The position numbers and the translations under genes were made by a program. From Patescibacteria group bacterium (GTDB lineage Bacteria > Patescibacteriota > JACPGU01), in the NCBI GenBank assembly GCA_022703645.1, contig JAKLDG010000001.1, positions 338,814 to 402,813 of the forward strand: DNA of 64,000 nt, read 5' to 3'. The stretch's first letter is position 1; the number at the start of each line of letters is the position of its first letter. The notes beneath the pieces were generated by a model. It was not told the origin of the DNA and searched no databases. It saw only the letters and a list, made by a program, of their open reading frames with translations. Shown piece by piece: positions 16,392 through 25,047 of the stretch.

Positions 16392-17141
16392 TTAATTATT
16401 TAATCTGGTTCCTCCGACGACCCCATCAGAGTTAATTGTGGCTGAAGAAACTATTCTTGCAGTAGCGGTGTTAATAAGAAGGGCTGTGCTTGTTACATAT
16501 TTAGTTCCAACAATATAATCCCAGCCATCATTCTCATCGACTGTGTCGGTATTTCTGATGTAAACAATGCAATCATAATCTTTCTCTCTGACCGACTTTC
16601 GCGCGTAAGCGTAAGCTCTCGAAAAGGAATCGCTGTTGGAAGTTTTTGCTCTCTGATCCGCATTGGCCATAATCAAATAGATCTCATATTTTGAGTCAAA
16701 AACTACGGCATGATCTGCCCCTCTGATTTCAGCCTTGGTGGAAGCGGAAAAAGTTATAGCTCCGCTAGAGAGAAAAAATGGCGCCCTTCCCACAACATTA
16801 ACCCCGATTATTTTTGAATACTTGCCGGTGGTATAGTTGAGATAATAGACGCTAATTTGATCGTCCCAACTGGGAGACCCTGATTCGCGAAAGACGAAAA
16901 GCGCGTTTTTGCTCCCTGAAATCTTTAAGTCCGTTACTCCAAAACTACTCAGTCTTTCTTTTTCTGTTTCTTCAACAAATTGCGTATAAGGCTTGATAAA
17001 AGTTATTTGTTTCGCGCCATCGAACAGCTGCCAGAAACCGTTTCCGTCGCGTTTGCGTTCAAGCTTCGCTGATGAGCTGGTTGCGCAAGTGGTGATGAGC
17101 ACGATGACTGTAAGGACTGCAAATAACCATTTGCTTTTCAT
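16392..17141 (-). CDS. putative lipoprotein or secreted hypothetical protein
   Basis: Signal peptide ending in a lipobox-like LITTC. Confidence 0.5.
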   Translation of the reverse strand: MKSKWLFAVLTVIVLITTCATSSSAKLERKRDGNGFWQLFDGAKQITFIKPYTQFVEETEKERLSSFGVTDLKISGSKNALFVFRESGSPSWDDQISVYYLNYTTGKYSKIIGVNVVGRAPFFLSSGAITFSASTKAEIRGADHAVVFDSKYEIYLIMANADQRAKTSNSDSFSRAYAYARKSVREKDYDCIVYIRNTDTVDENDGWDYIVGTKYVTSTALLINTATARIVSSATINSDGVVGGTRLNN

Positions 17142-17292
17142 TATTATTGTCTCCTTTTTTAAGATTGCACGGGCTTTCCCGAATACATAAATATTAGCAA
17201 AAAATGGCTATAAATGCAAGTAAATTATAAAATTAAAAGTGGCTTGACGTTTTGGCGTCAAGCCACCTAAGAACCGTGATAAAAAAATAAAT

Positions 17293-17886
17293 TTATTTTT
17301 CAAGATCATCAATCATTTTGTCGCATTCTTTTCTAATTAATTTGATACCATTATTGCCCTTAGTATTAAGGCAACGTGTGTCAACTTTGTAGGATGATTC
17401 GCAAATTGTAGCTGCACAACCAGAACCGAGTAAGTCGAAGGTCGGTTCTTCTTTGGAATTAAGGCAAAGGTCTATCTTTTTCATAAGCATATAAGCATTC
17501 TTGCAAGATGGCTCTACTCTGTACGCTATCGACACTGGCTTTTTTGCATTATTGCTCAAGTTTCTCAACATTTTAATGCTTTTATCTTGAGAATTCTTAA
17601 TCTGTTTTACCTTTCCGTTAATTTCTTTCGTAGTATTATATAATTCATCAATTTTCTGCGACTGTTCAGGCGTAAAACCTATGCCGAACATGCCCGTGCT
17701 AATGATATCATTACCATTATGCGTGATCCTGTTCATAATTTTACTATGCGCAATAAATGGTATCGCCGGAATCATCAAAATAAAAGCGATAATGACAATC
17801 AATGCTCCGATAGGAAACTTATTCATTTTCACCTCATTCACCTCTATGAGTAGAATTGTATCCTCCAACTGGAGGAGGCCAAACAT
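17293..17886 (-). CDS. membrane-anchored hypothetical protein with a Cys-containing ectodomain
   Basis: N-terminal TM (FPIGALIVIIAFILMIPAIPFIA). Terminator hairpin at 17232-17268 downstream. Confidence 0.5.
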   Translation of the reverse strand: MFGLLQLEDTILLIEVNEVKMNKFPIGALIVIIAFILMIPAIPFIAHSKIMNRITHNGNDIISTGMFGIGFTPEQSQKIDELYNTTKEINGKVKQIKNSQDKSIKMLRNLSNNAKKPVSIAYRVEPSCKNAYMLMKKIDLCLNSKEEPTFDLLGSGCAATICESSYKVDTRCLNTKGNNGIKLIRKECDKMIDDLEK

Positions 17887-18087
17887 TTATATAAGCGAAA
17901 AAATCTTCGCGTTGAACTGATTGTTAGGGTACAAATGTTACACTCGTAATATTATCATTTTTATTTAACATTGTCAAGCCTTTCGTATAATATTCTCGAT
18001 CATATTGCATTATTCACTTATAATCCGCTTTTTGCTTGCGAACCGAACAGAAATATGAGATGATAAAAAGAAAACAAAAATTATAAA

Positions 18088-18507
18088 ATGAAATTCCACA
18101 GAACAAAATTAAACAAATTAGTTGGTAGCACATACCCTGAAGTTTACAGAAATTCACAAACCTTTTATAAGAAAATAGTAAGTAAATCAAAACGAAGACC
18201 TTATATTCGCTCAATATATTTTAATAAGGAGAAAATATTTTTAGGAATATTCTGGCCGCATTTATTTCAAAAAGTCGGATGGGGAGATAGAGAAAGACGG
18301 CTAAAATTATTCCCATGCGCAATAGATCTAATGCAAAATACAAAATTCAATCCAGAATCGAAAGATAACCCAAATAAAAAGTCTGAAATTTTACATCGAT
18401 TTTATGGAATCACTCCGGATGATGAAAAATTTTGTGTACAAGTCAAGGAGGATAAGAAAACCGATGAAAAATTTTTTGTTTCGGTATTCCCATACGATGA
18501 CAAATAA
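18088..18507 (+). CDS. hypothetical protein
   Basis: 139-aa basic protein; no confident family. A perfect terminator hairpin (18612-18646) follows. Confidence 0.4.
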   Translation: MKFHRTKLNKLVGSTYPEVYRNSQTFYKKIVSKSKRRPYIRSIYFNKEKIFLGIFWPHLFQKVGWGDRERRLKLFPCAIDLMQNTKFNPESKDNPNKKSEILHRFYGITPDDEKFCVQVKEDKKTDEKFFVSVFPYDDK

Positions 18508-18611
18508 AAAAGAATCTCCGCCCAAAAGTGTAGTGTATAAACTACGGCTGAAATTCTCTTTATGCGATAAGTATATATCAAATCTCAATTTTTGTCAACA
18601 ACTTTTTGTCA

Positions 18612-18646
18612 AATAAAAAAGCATCGGATTTCTCCGATGCTTTTTA
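18612..18646. terminator. bidirectional intrinsic terminator (aaaaagcatcgga/tccgatgcttttt)
   Basis: 13-bp perfect stem, 3-nt loop, flanking A and T runs. Confidence 0.65.
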
Positions 18647-18665
18647 AAATTTAAAAAAATTAAAT

Positions 18666-19361
18666 CTATTTCGTCGGGATCACGCCGACCATGAAACCTG
18701 TTTCCAACGAATCGCCCTTCCTTTTCTGGAAATACGGTCCGACGTTGAAAATAAATCCGTCGGTTACGATAGCCCCTGTCATGCGGATATCCGTCGTATG
18801 ATTCTTGCTCCGGGATACTTCCACCAACGGCAATTTTTTGCCGGCATAGGAGAATCCGATAATCGAATCGTTCGCGCTTTTTTTCACGTCCATCGTGGAA
18901 AAAACTGTGAGACTGGTCAGAGCTTTCGGCGAATATCTACCCGTCACTCTTACCGTACCGCCTTTTTGCAGCGGCATCAAAACGCCGATACCCGCGCCGT
19001 TCGCGTGGTAATCAACCGCGGTCGTGTGTGTAATCACGGTCGGACCGCCCGTCACCTGCAGAGACATCGTGTAAATCGTCGCGTCCACGCGGCTTCCGAG
19101 CTTCGCGCTCAAAGAGATGTGGTTGCCGGAAAGCATGTCGCGGAAAACGTACTGTTTCACACCGACGCATGCTTTACCATTGAGTACATTCAGGTTCCCG
19201 AAGACGATTTTGCTGCCTCCGTCAGGAATCGAGTAGTACTGCACCAGCGAGGGCATTACTCTGTAGAAAGCCGTGGCGTCCGCTTCGTTGTAGGCGAACG
19301 CTTTCGCTGAAACGAAGAGCAATCCGAACACAAACAACATAAACAGCTTTTTCATAACCAA
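18666..19361 (-). CDS. secreted beta-rich hypothetical protein
   Basis: Signal peptide MKKLFMLFVFGLLFVSAKAFA. GC-richer than the genome background. Confidence 0.55.
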   Translation of the reverse strand: MVMKKLFMLFVFGLLFVSAKAFAYNEADATAFYRVMPSLVQYYSIPDGGSKIVFGNLNVLNGKACVGVKQYVFRDMLSGNHISLSAKLGSRVDATIYTMSLQVTGGPTVITHTTAVDYHANGAGIGVLMPLQKGGTVRVTGRYSPKALTSLTVFSTMDVKKSANDSIIGFSYAGKKLPLVEVSRSKNHTTDIRMTGAIVTDGFIFNVGPYFQKRKGDSLETGFMVGVIPTK

Positions 19362-19513
19362 TCTCCTTTGAAAGGTATTTTGTTAAACAACTTTGTTTGT
19401 CCTTGTGGACACCATAATAATAGCACATTTTTGGCTCTATGTCCAGACTTTTCCTCTCTTGCGCGGATTGTTGAAATGTTGTATATTACAAAAACAATAA
19501 ATAATAAATTCAT

Positions 19514-19837
19514 ATGGGAAATACAGACGAACAAAAAGATAGTATTATGGATGATGAAAAATTCATTAATTTCATGGAATCAAGAGATGAAAAACTTGTA
19601 GATTTTTTAACTACTAAATTCGGCGCAATCGATGGTAGATTTGAGAAAATCGAAGGACGTCTCGATAGAATCGAAACAACTATGGTTACAAAATCCTTTC
19701 TTACTGATGTAATGGCAAATTTCAGAGTTGAAACAAACGAAAAAGTATATAAAACCGTAGAGATTTTGAAAGAGAAGAAAGTTTTTGATGATAAAGATAT
19801 AAAGAGGGTAAAAGAGGCGGGCGTTGCAGTAAAATAG
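19514..19837 (+). CDS. hypothetical coiled-coil protein
   Basis: 107-aa charged, helical protein. Strong terminator hairpin at 19867-19890. Confidence 0.4.
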   Translation: MGNTDEQKDSIMDDEKFINFMESRDEKLVDFLTTKFGAIDGRFEKIEGRLDRIETTMVTKSFLTDVMANFRVETNEKVYKTVEILKEKKVFDDKDIKRVKEAGVAVK

Positions 19838-19854
19838 ATTTTTGGGATATTTTT

Positions 19855-19900
19855 ATTAAAAAAACAACCGCGAAGGCTAAAGCCTTCGCGGCGTTGTGTT
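19855..19900. terminator. bidirectional intrinsic terminator (ccgcgaaggc-taaa-gccttcgcgg)
   Basis: Perfect 10-bp GC-rich stem between convergent genes. Confidence 0.65.
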
Positions 19901-19911
19901 TCAAGAGAAAT

Positions 19912-20508
19912 TTAGGGTTGATTCTGCTCGGGGTGGTCCCAATCCTTTCCGTAGATTTCCGCATTGGGAATGTTTGCGAAATTCTGCCCCTTGGGATAGC
20001 GGCGCGCCGCCATGAACTGCGAAATAGTCATCTTTGTGTTTATCGGTGTGGCATTTGATGACTTTCTCCAACGGTCCATCTCCGAAAAGTACTGCATTTG
20101 GACGCCAGAGAATTCCTCACTGTCGCCGGATCGCCATTTGCAGGTTACTCTGCCGTCTGGGATGGTTTCGCAGTCGTACGCGAGACCAACGGCAGTGAAA
20201 AGATCGTCTTTTGACAGAGATACTGTGAAATGGTGACCGCTCTCGATATCCTCTGCGCTGAGCGTGCGGGTCTTGCAGTGTTTGTTAAGTCCTATCCATT
20301 CGGGATCTTTCAGCCCGCAGTCAGACCCGACCAGAGTGTAGTAGTAGCGGCCGGTCTTGGGTGAATCCGTGCGTTCCATGGACTTTTCCGTTCTAATGAG
20401 CATCAGGACAACTAAAATTAAAATACCCGTAGCAAGCATGGAAAATAGCACTATTCGTTTCATTTCTTTCACCTCGATTTTTCCCATTTTTGGGAGATTT
20501 GCCCGCAT
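19912..20508 (-). CDS. membrane-anchored hypothetical protein
   Basis: TM helix (IVLFSMLATGILILVVLMLI) and a Cys-containing ectodomain. Start may be the internal Met at about 20463. Confidence 0.45.
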   Translation of the reverse strand: MRANLPKMGKIEVKEMKRIVLFSMLATGILILVVLMLIRTEKSMERTDSPKTGRYYYTLVGSDCGLKDPEWIGLNKHCKTRTLSAEDIESGHHFTVSLSKDDLFTAVGLAYDCETIPDGRVTCKWRSGDSEEFSGVQMQYFSEMDRWRKSSNATPINTKMTISQFMAARRYPKGQNFANIPNAEIYGKDWDHPEQNQP

Positions 20509-20599
20509 AAATGCGGGGGATATTGCAGATTGTTATGGTGCAAAATAATACATTTATAATTATATCATAGATAACGCGATGTGTCAAGTACTTTTGTAG

Positions 20600-21183
20600 G
20601 TGTTGGCAATTATAAATTCATGGTATTTTTCCTTAAAATATTCTTAGGATTATTGCTGTCTCGTTCCCACATTTGCGGATTGGATTCTATGTAACTATAA
20701 ATTTCATCGTACGATTTTTCATTGCGAATGATGTGTTCGTAATAGCCGCGTTGAAAAATGGGGTTGCCTGTTTTGTCTAAGATAATATTTATCTTTTTCG
20801 TTGATTGATATTTAAAATACCCAATTATTTGTCCTAATGTTGGTTTTTTATCCCGTAGGGGCGGGGTCTCCCCGCCCTGAATTAAATTGTTTTTGTTACC
20901 TACAAATATCGTTTTTCTCTTCTAATATCCGCAATATAAAATGAATATGATTTGGCATTATCTGAAAAATATCTAATTTTGTATTTGGGAAATGATTCGG
21001 AATTTCGTACCAACATTTTTCTGCAACATTTCCAATCTTATTTAATTCCATTTTCCCATCCACAATTTCCCCAAACAAACATTCTCTGTCTTTTGTGCAG
21101 ATCGTAACAAAATAATCTCCAGGTTCGGAATAATCATATTCTTTAATCCGTATCGATTTTCTATTTCGTTCGATTTTTGACAT
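20600..21183 (-). pseudogene. degraded IS200-like RAYT transposase paralog (N-terminal 95 aa intact, C-terminal part out of frame)
   Basis: MSKIERNRKSIRIKEYDYSEPGDYFVTICT...MPNHIHFIL aligns with the 6.6-7.1 kb copy. DNA downstream (20600-20850) is highly similar to 6579-6830 but no longer in frame. A GC-rich REP-like hairpin sits at the equivalent position. Confidence 0.6.
20851..20903. repeat. truncated REPIN-like element (single GC hairpin plus GCCCCTACGG terminus) inside the RAYT pseudogene
   Basis: On the minus strand: tgtaggtaac-aaaaacaatttaattc-agggcgggg-aga-ccccgccc-ctacggg. Lacks hairpin 1 and carries the stop codon that ends the ORF. Confidence 0.55.
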
Positions 21184-21352
21184 TTTTATTTTGATTATAG
21201 CATATTTTCATTTCCCTCTTGACAAACACTATGATTTTGTAGTAAAATAATGGCTATGTAGGCTATTTTTCGTTTACATGCACGACCCTTAAAAACATAT
21301 TGAGTCAAATACTGTCCTCCTTGAGGGGACTATCAAACAAGGAGGCAACACA

Positions 21353-22270
21353 ATGTCTGAAAACGGAAGGAAGGAAAGATTCGAGGAACTGATGGAAATG
21401 TACGTTGATTACTCAAATGTAGAATGTTTCCCAGAAAGGATAAGGCGGGAGCTTTCATCTACGGAACCTTATGACGAGGATCTTATAAAGTTTTTTAAAC
21501 AAAACTCGCCTGTGGCTGGAGAGATCGCAACAAACCCTGCAAGCGATTTCATAACTCGAACTGTTTACGCTTCTACTCTGCCACAGATGCCGCCTCGTTA
21601 TTCAATTGACGACCTGCTTGTTTATAGCCCTGGCGGCCGCGCACTATTTAACCGGTTGCCAGCCGCAAGTAAAATACTCGCAAAATGGATAACCGAACAC
21701 GAATCGTGCGACATAGTAGACCTCGGAGGCGGTTCCGGTTCTTACGCATTTAAGACAATAGAAATATTGTCAAAAATGAAAGGGTTCAATTCGATCGTCA
21801 AAAGGATTTCATGGACAAGCGTAGATATTGACTCCGGCGCAATCGAACTCGGTAAGGCACGGTCTAAAGCTGATGGACTTACGGGACAAGTTTTTTTCGA
21901 GGAAGGAAATTTTATGTCAAAAAAGTTTCCCACTATCGACGCAGACCTCGTAGTATTAATCGGTGTTCTATGTGGTATGACACCGGAGGTTGCGGTAACA
22001 TGCCTCGAAAAAGTGAGACGCTTTATCGAAACGCGTAACGGCGAAATTTACGCTGCTACACTTCTGACTAGGAGTTTTGAAGAGGATCCGATATGCTTCA
22101 GAATCTTCGCGAAACTCGGCTGGCATCTCAAACCGAAAACCGAGGAAGAGGTCAGAAAGGTCTTTAATGATGCCGGATACGAAATTATCGACATCCACAG
22201 TGAGCGCGACACGGAGACAGAAAGAGTCCCCGGGCAGTACGCAATTGTCAGAGCGCGTTTAAAAGCTTAA
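21353..22270 (+). CDS. class I SAM-dependent methyltransferase
   Basis: Motif I VDLGGGSGSYAF; GC-richer region. Confidence 0.7.
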   Translation: MSENGRKERFEELMEMYVDYSNVECFPERIRRELSSTEPYDEDLIKFFKQNSPVAGEIATNPASDFITRTVYASTLPQMPPRYSIDDLLVYSPGGRALFNRLPAASKILAKWITEHESCDIVDLGGGSGSYAFKTIEILSKMKGFNSIVKRISWTSVDIDSGAIELGKARSKADGLTGQVFFEEGNFMSKKFPTIDADLVVLIGVLCGMTPEVAVTCLEKVRRFIETRNGEIYAATLLTRSFEEDPICFRIFAKLGWHLKPKTEEEVRKVFNDAGYEIIDIHSERDTETERVPGQYAIVRARLKA

Positions 22271-22343
22271 TACTAAAAAAACATCTTTTATTACAATCCC
22301 AACTTTGTTATAATTCTATTATAACTTAGGAGGGATTGTTTTT

Positions 22344-24521
22344 ATGTATTTGTATTTTGCATTTACAGGATTATTTAATGCTATAGTTAGCACTTTATTA
22401 GGTATTTTTGTATTTTTCAATAATTCAAAAAACAATATTAATCGCTCGTTTGCTCTTTTCTGTTTATTTTTTACGATGTGGTCTGCCGCATATATATTTT
22501 GGCCATTATCGCAAAACGCTGAAGGTACACTTTTGTCTTTTAGATTACTGCATATTGGCGCTGCTTATGTTTCTGTTGCTTATTTACATTTTGTTTGTAA
22601 TTTCCTGGATGTATATAAGCAAAAAAAAGTAATAGTTATAATTGGATATATTTTAGCATCTATACTAGTTCCATTTATTTTCACTCCATATTTTATTGCT
22701 GATATGGTTCCAATATTCTCAATGCGCTTTTGGGCAGTTCCTGGGATATTGTACCATTTTTATCTTGTGCACTTTTTTGGATATTTTGCATATTCGTCTT
22801 ATTTGTTATTTAAAAGTTATAAAAAATTATTGGGAGTAAAAAAGGTCCAAATTCTATATATTTTAGTTGGTTTTGTTTTGGCTTTTTTCGGGGGATCAAC
22901 AAACTATTTTTTATGGTATAAAATTAATATACCTCCTTATCTCAATATTCTTGCTTGTTCATTTGTAGTATTTACTGCCTACGCGATTGTAAAGACGCGG
23001 TTTTTAGACATCAAATTCGTTCTTCGTTCCTCTTTTGTTTACATTTCATCTCTTATTACAATTATTATCCCTGCAGTATTAATTAAGTTTATTGTTGGTG
23101 GGGAATCAGTTTTTAAAGCAACTGGATGGATTGATCTAATCATTGTTATTTTTGCCATTGCTGTATTTCCAAAAGTTAAAGAATATTTTTACAAAATCGC
23201 GAATAAGTATTTTTTCTCATCACTCTATGATAGCGCCGAAGTGATTGCAGACCTGTCTGATAAACTGCGATCAACCCTTGATATAAATAAAATTGATGAC
23301 TATATTACGAATGCTTTAATCCAAGCATTTCATTGCAAAGCGATTGGAATTTTGAATTATTCCAGAAGAACCGGGGACTACAACCTTGTCCATAATAAAG
23401 GGTTTGCGTTCAAGGGAAGAAAGAGATTTCTCGGCGATAAGGGATTGCACAAAAAATATGTTATGAAAGATGAACCTTTCCTGACATCCGAAATTAGAGA
23501 TAATCGCAAATATAAAAAGACGGTTTCTGTATTGGAAAAATTTGACGTAGAAGTTTTAACGCCGTTAAACGTTAAAGATAAGACAATCGGCCTTATCGCA
23601 ATCGGAGCAAAAGAATCCGGTGATTCATATAATCAACAGGATATTGAGCTTTTGGGAATTGTCAGCGCGCAGTCGGCAATTGCTATTGAAAACGCTATTT
23701 TATATGAAAAAACACGCAGATTTACAAAAACTCTGCAAGTAAAGGTTGATAATGCAACGGCTCAAATTCGCCACAAGAATGAAGAATTGAAAAAACTCGA
23801 TAAGCTCAAAGACGAATTTATTTCCGTCGCCAGCCATCAGCTGCGAACTCCGCTGACCGCCACGCGCTGGGCGCTGGAATTTCTGATTAAAGATAATAAA
23901 GGAAAACTCAACCGCAAACAGCTTGAGAGCGTTCATGAGCTGGAAGACACAAATTCAAAACTTATAAAACTCGTCAATTCACTTCTGAATGTCTCCCGTA
24001 TTGACGAGGGACGCCTTTCTATCACGCCAGTACCAACTGACATAGTTGCCGTGATGAAAGAAATCATGCATGAATTTGAACCGATTGCGCGCCACAAGAA
24101 TTTGAAAGTTATCACACACTATGATAAATTGCCAAAAATCAAATTTGATCCTGTTGTTATTAATAAAGCGATACATAACTTCGTTTCAAACGCGATAAAA
24201 TATAATAAAGACGAAGGCCGTCTTTGGATAAATGTCGAGAAATATGATAAAGATAATCTGGTTATCAAGGTTCGCGACGAGGGAATCGGAATACCAAAAG
24301 CCGAGCAGGCAAATCTATTTGCGAAATTTTACAGAGCATCTAATGCTGCTACTTCAAATACCGAAGGAACCGGACTTGGACTTTATATTGCCAAAAGCGC
24401 CGTAGAAAGCTCCGGAGGAAAGGTTTGGTTCGAATCAAAAGAAAATGAAGGGACAACTTTCTTTGTGACATTACCACTGAAAGGCAGTAGGGCGAAGAGA
24501 GGAGAAAAGAGCCTGGTCTAA
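22344..24521 (+). CDS. membrane sensor histidine kinase (multi-TM sensor + GAF + HisKA + HATPase)
   Basis: AGGAGGG RBS. About seven N-terminal TM helices, a GAF-like region, H-box SVASHQLRTPLTA, and G-boxes GTGLGLYIAKS. Confidence 0.85.
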   Translation: MYLYFAFTGLFNAIVSTLLGIFVFFNNSKNNINRSFALFCLFFTMWSAAYIFWPLSQNAEGTLLSFRLLHIGAAYVSVAYLHFVCNFLDVYKQKKVIVIIGYILASILVPFIFTPYFIADMVPIFSMRFWAVPGILYHFYLVHFFGYFAYSSYLLFKSYKKLLGVKKVQILYILVGFVLAFFGGSTNYFLWYKINIPPYLNILACSFVVFTAYAIVKTRFLDIKFVLRSSFVYISSLITIIIPAVLIKFIVGGESVFKATGWIDLIIVIFAIAVFPKVKEYFYKIANKYFFSSLYDSAEVIADLSDKLRSTLDINKIDDYITNALIQAFHCKAIGILNYSRRTGDYNLVHNKGFAFKGRKRFLGDKGLHKKYVMKDEPFLTSEIRDNRKYKKTVSVLEKFDVEVLTPLNVKDKTIGLIAIGAKESGDSYNQQDIELLGIVSAQSAIAIENAILYEKTRRFTKTLQVKVDNATAQIRHKNEELKKLDKLKDEFISVASHQLRTPLTATRWALEFLIKDNKGKLNRKQLESVHELEDTNSKLIKLVNSLLNVSRIDEGRLSITPVPTDIVAVMKEIMHEFEPIARHKNLKVITHYDKLPKIKFDPVVINKAIHNFVSNAIKYNKDEGRLWINVEKYDKDNLVIKVRDEGIGIPKAEQANLFAKFYRASNAATSNTEGTGLGLYIAKSAVESSGGKVWFESKENEGTTFFVTLPLKGSRAKRGEKSLV

Positions 24522-24525
24522 AGTA

Positions 24526-24560
24526 AATTAAAAATTAAAAATCAAAATGTAAAATGACAG
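24526..24560. repeat. AT-rich repeat (AAATTAAAAATTAAAAATCAAAATGTAAAATGACA family), left flank of the 4HB gene
   Basis: Matches inverted copies at 24921-24985, 26872-26985, 28725-28765 and 30576-30685. Confidence 0.55.
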
Positions 24561-24919
24561 ATGCAAATTTTAAAAATGAATTTAAGAAAAGATTGTACTC
24601 GTTCGTTTTACGATTAATTAAATATATAAATAGTCTCCCAAGATCACAATCAAACGATGTTATAGGAAAACAACTGTTAAGAAGTGGTACGAGTATATTG
24701 GCTAATTTTATAGAAGCTAATTCAGCCAGCAGTAAAAAAGATTTTACGAACTTTTTTAATCATAGCTTAAAATCTGCCAATGAATCAAAGGTTTGGTTAA
24801 CACTTTTCCGCGATACAAACCCTATAAACAATGAGAATGTTTTTTTGATAAAAGAACTTTGCGAGATTGCAAACATCTTAGCATCAAGTATATTAACTTT
24901 AAAAGGAAAAAAGAAATAA
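24554..24919 (+). CDS. four-helix-bundle protein (23S rRNA intervening-sequence protein family)
   Basis: Family-like helices (GKQLLRSGTSILANFIEANSASSKKDF ... SANESKVWL). Bracketed by inverted AAAATGTAAAATGACA-type repeats; the start codon lies inside the left repeat. Confidence 0.65.
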   Translation: MTDANFKNEFKKRLYSFVLRLIKYINSLPRSQSNDVIGKQLLRSGTSILANFIEANSASSKKDFTNFFNHSLKSANESKVWLTLFRDTNPINNENVFLIKELCEIANILASSILTLKGKKK

Positions 24920-24920
24920 T

Positions 24921-24985
24921 TTTACATTTATTATATGTCATTTTGATTTTTGACATTTACATTTTACATTACATATTTTAACCTT
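24921..24985. repeat. AT-rich repeat (TGTCATTTTGATTTTTGACATTTACATTTTACATT), right flank of the 4HB gene, upstream of cysS
   Basis: Near-identical to 26941-26985. Confidence 0.55.
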
Positions 24986-25047
24986 TAAATTATCGATAAA
25001 TTATGCTAATATTACTATAATTTACAAAAACTAAGCAAACCGACACT

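Noticed and set aside
18798-19310. 170-aa Arg-rich ORF on the plus strand
   Set aside because: Antisense shadow ORF inside a GC-richer gene. Its composition (Arg/His/Val runs) is typical of opposite-strand reading.
24424-24436. GGTTCGAATC tRNA T-arm-like string
   Set aside because: It lies within the histidine-kinase coding sequence (VWFESK), with no acceptor or anticodon arms. No convincing tRNA or rRNA was found anywhere in the window by eye.
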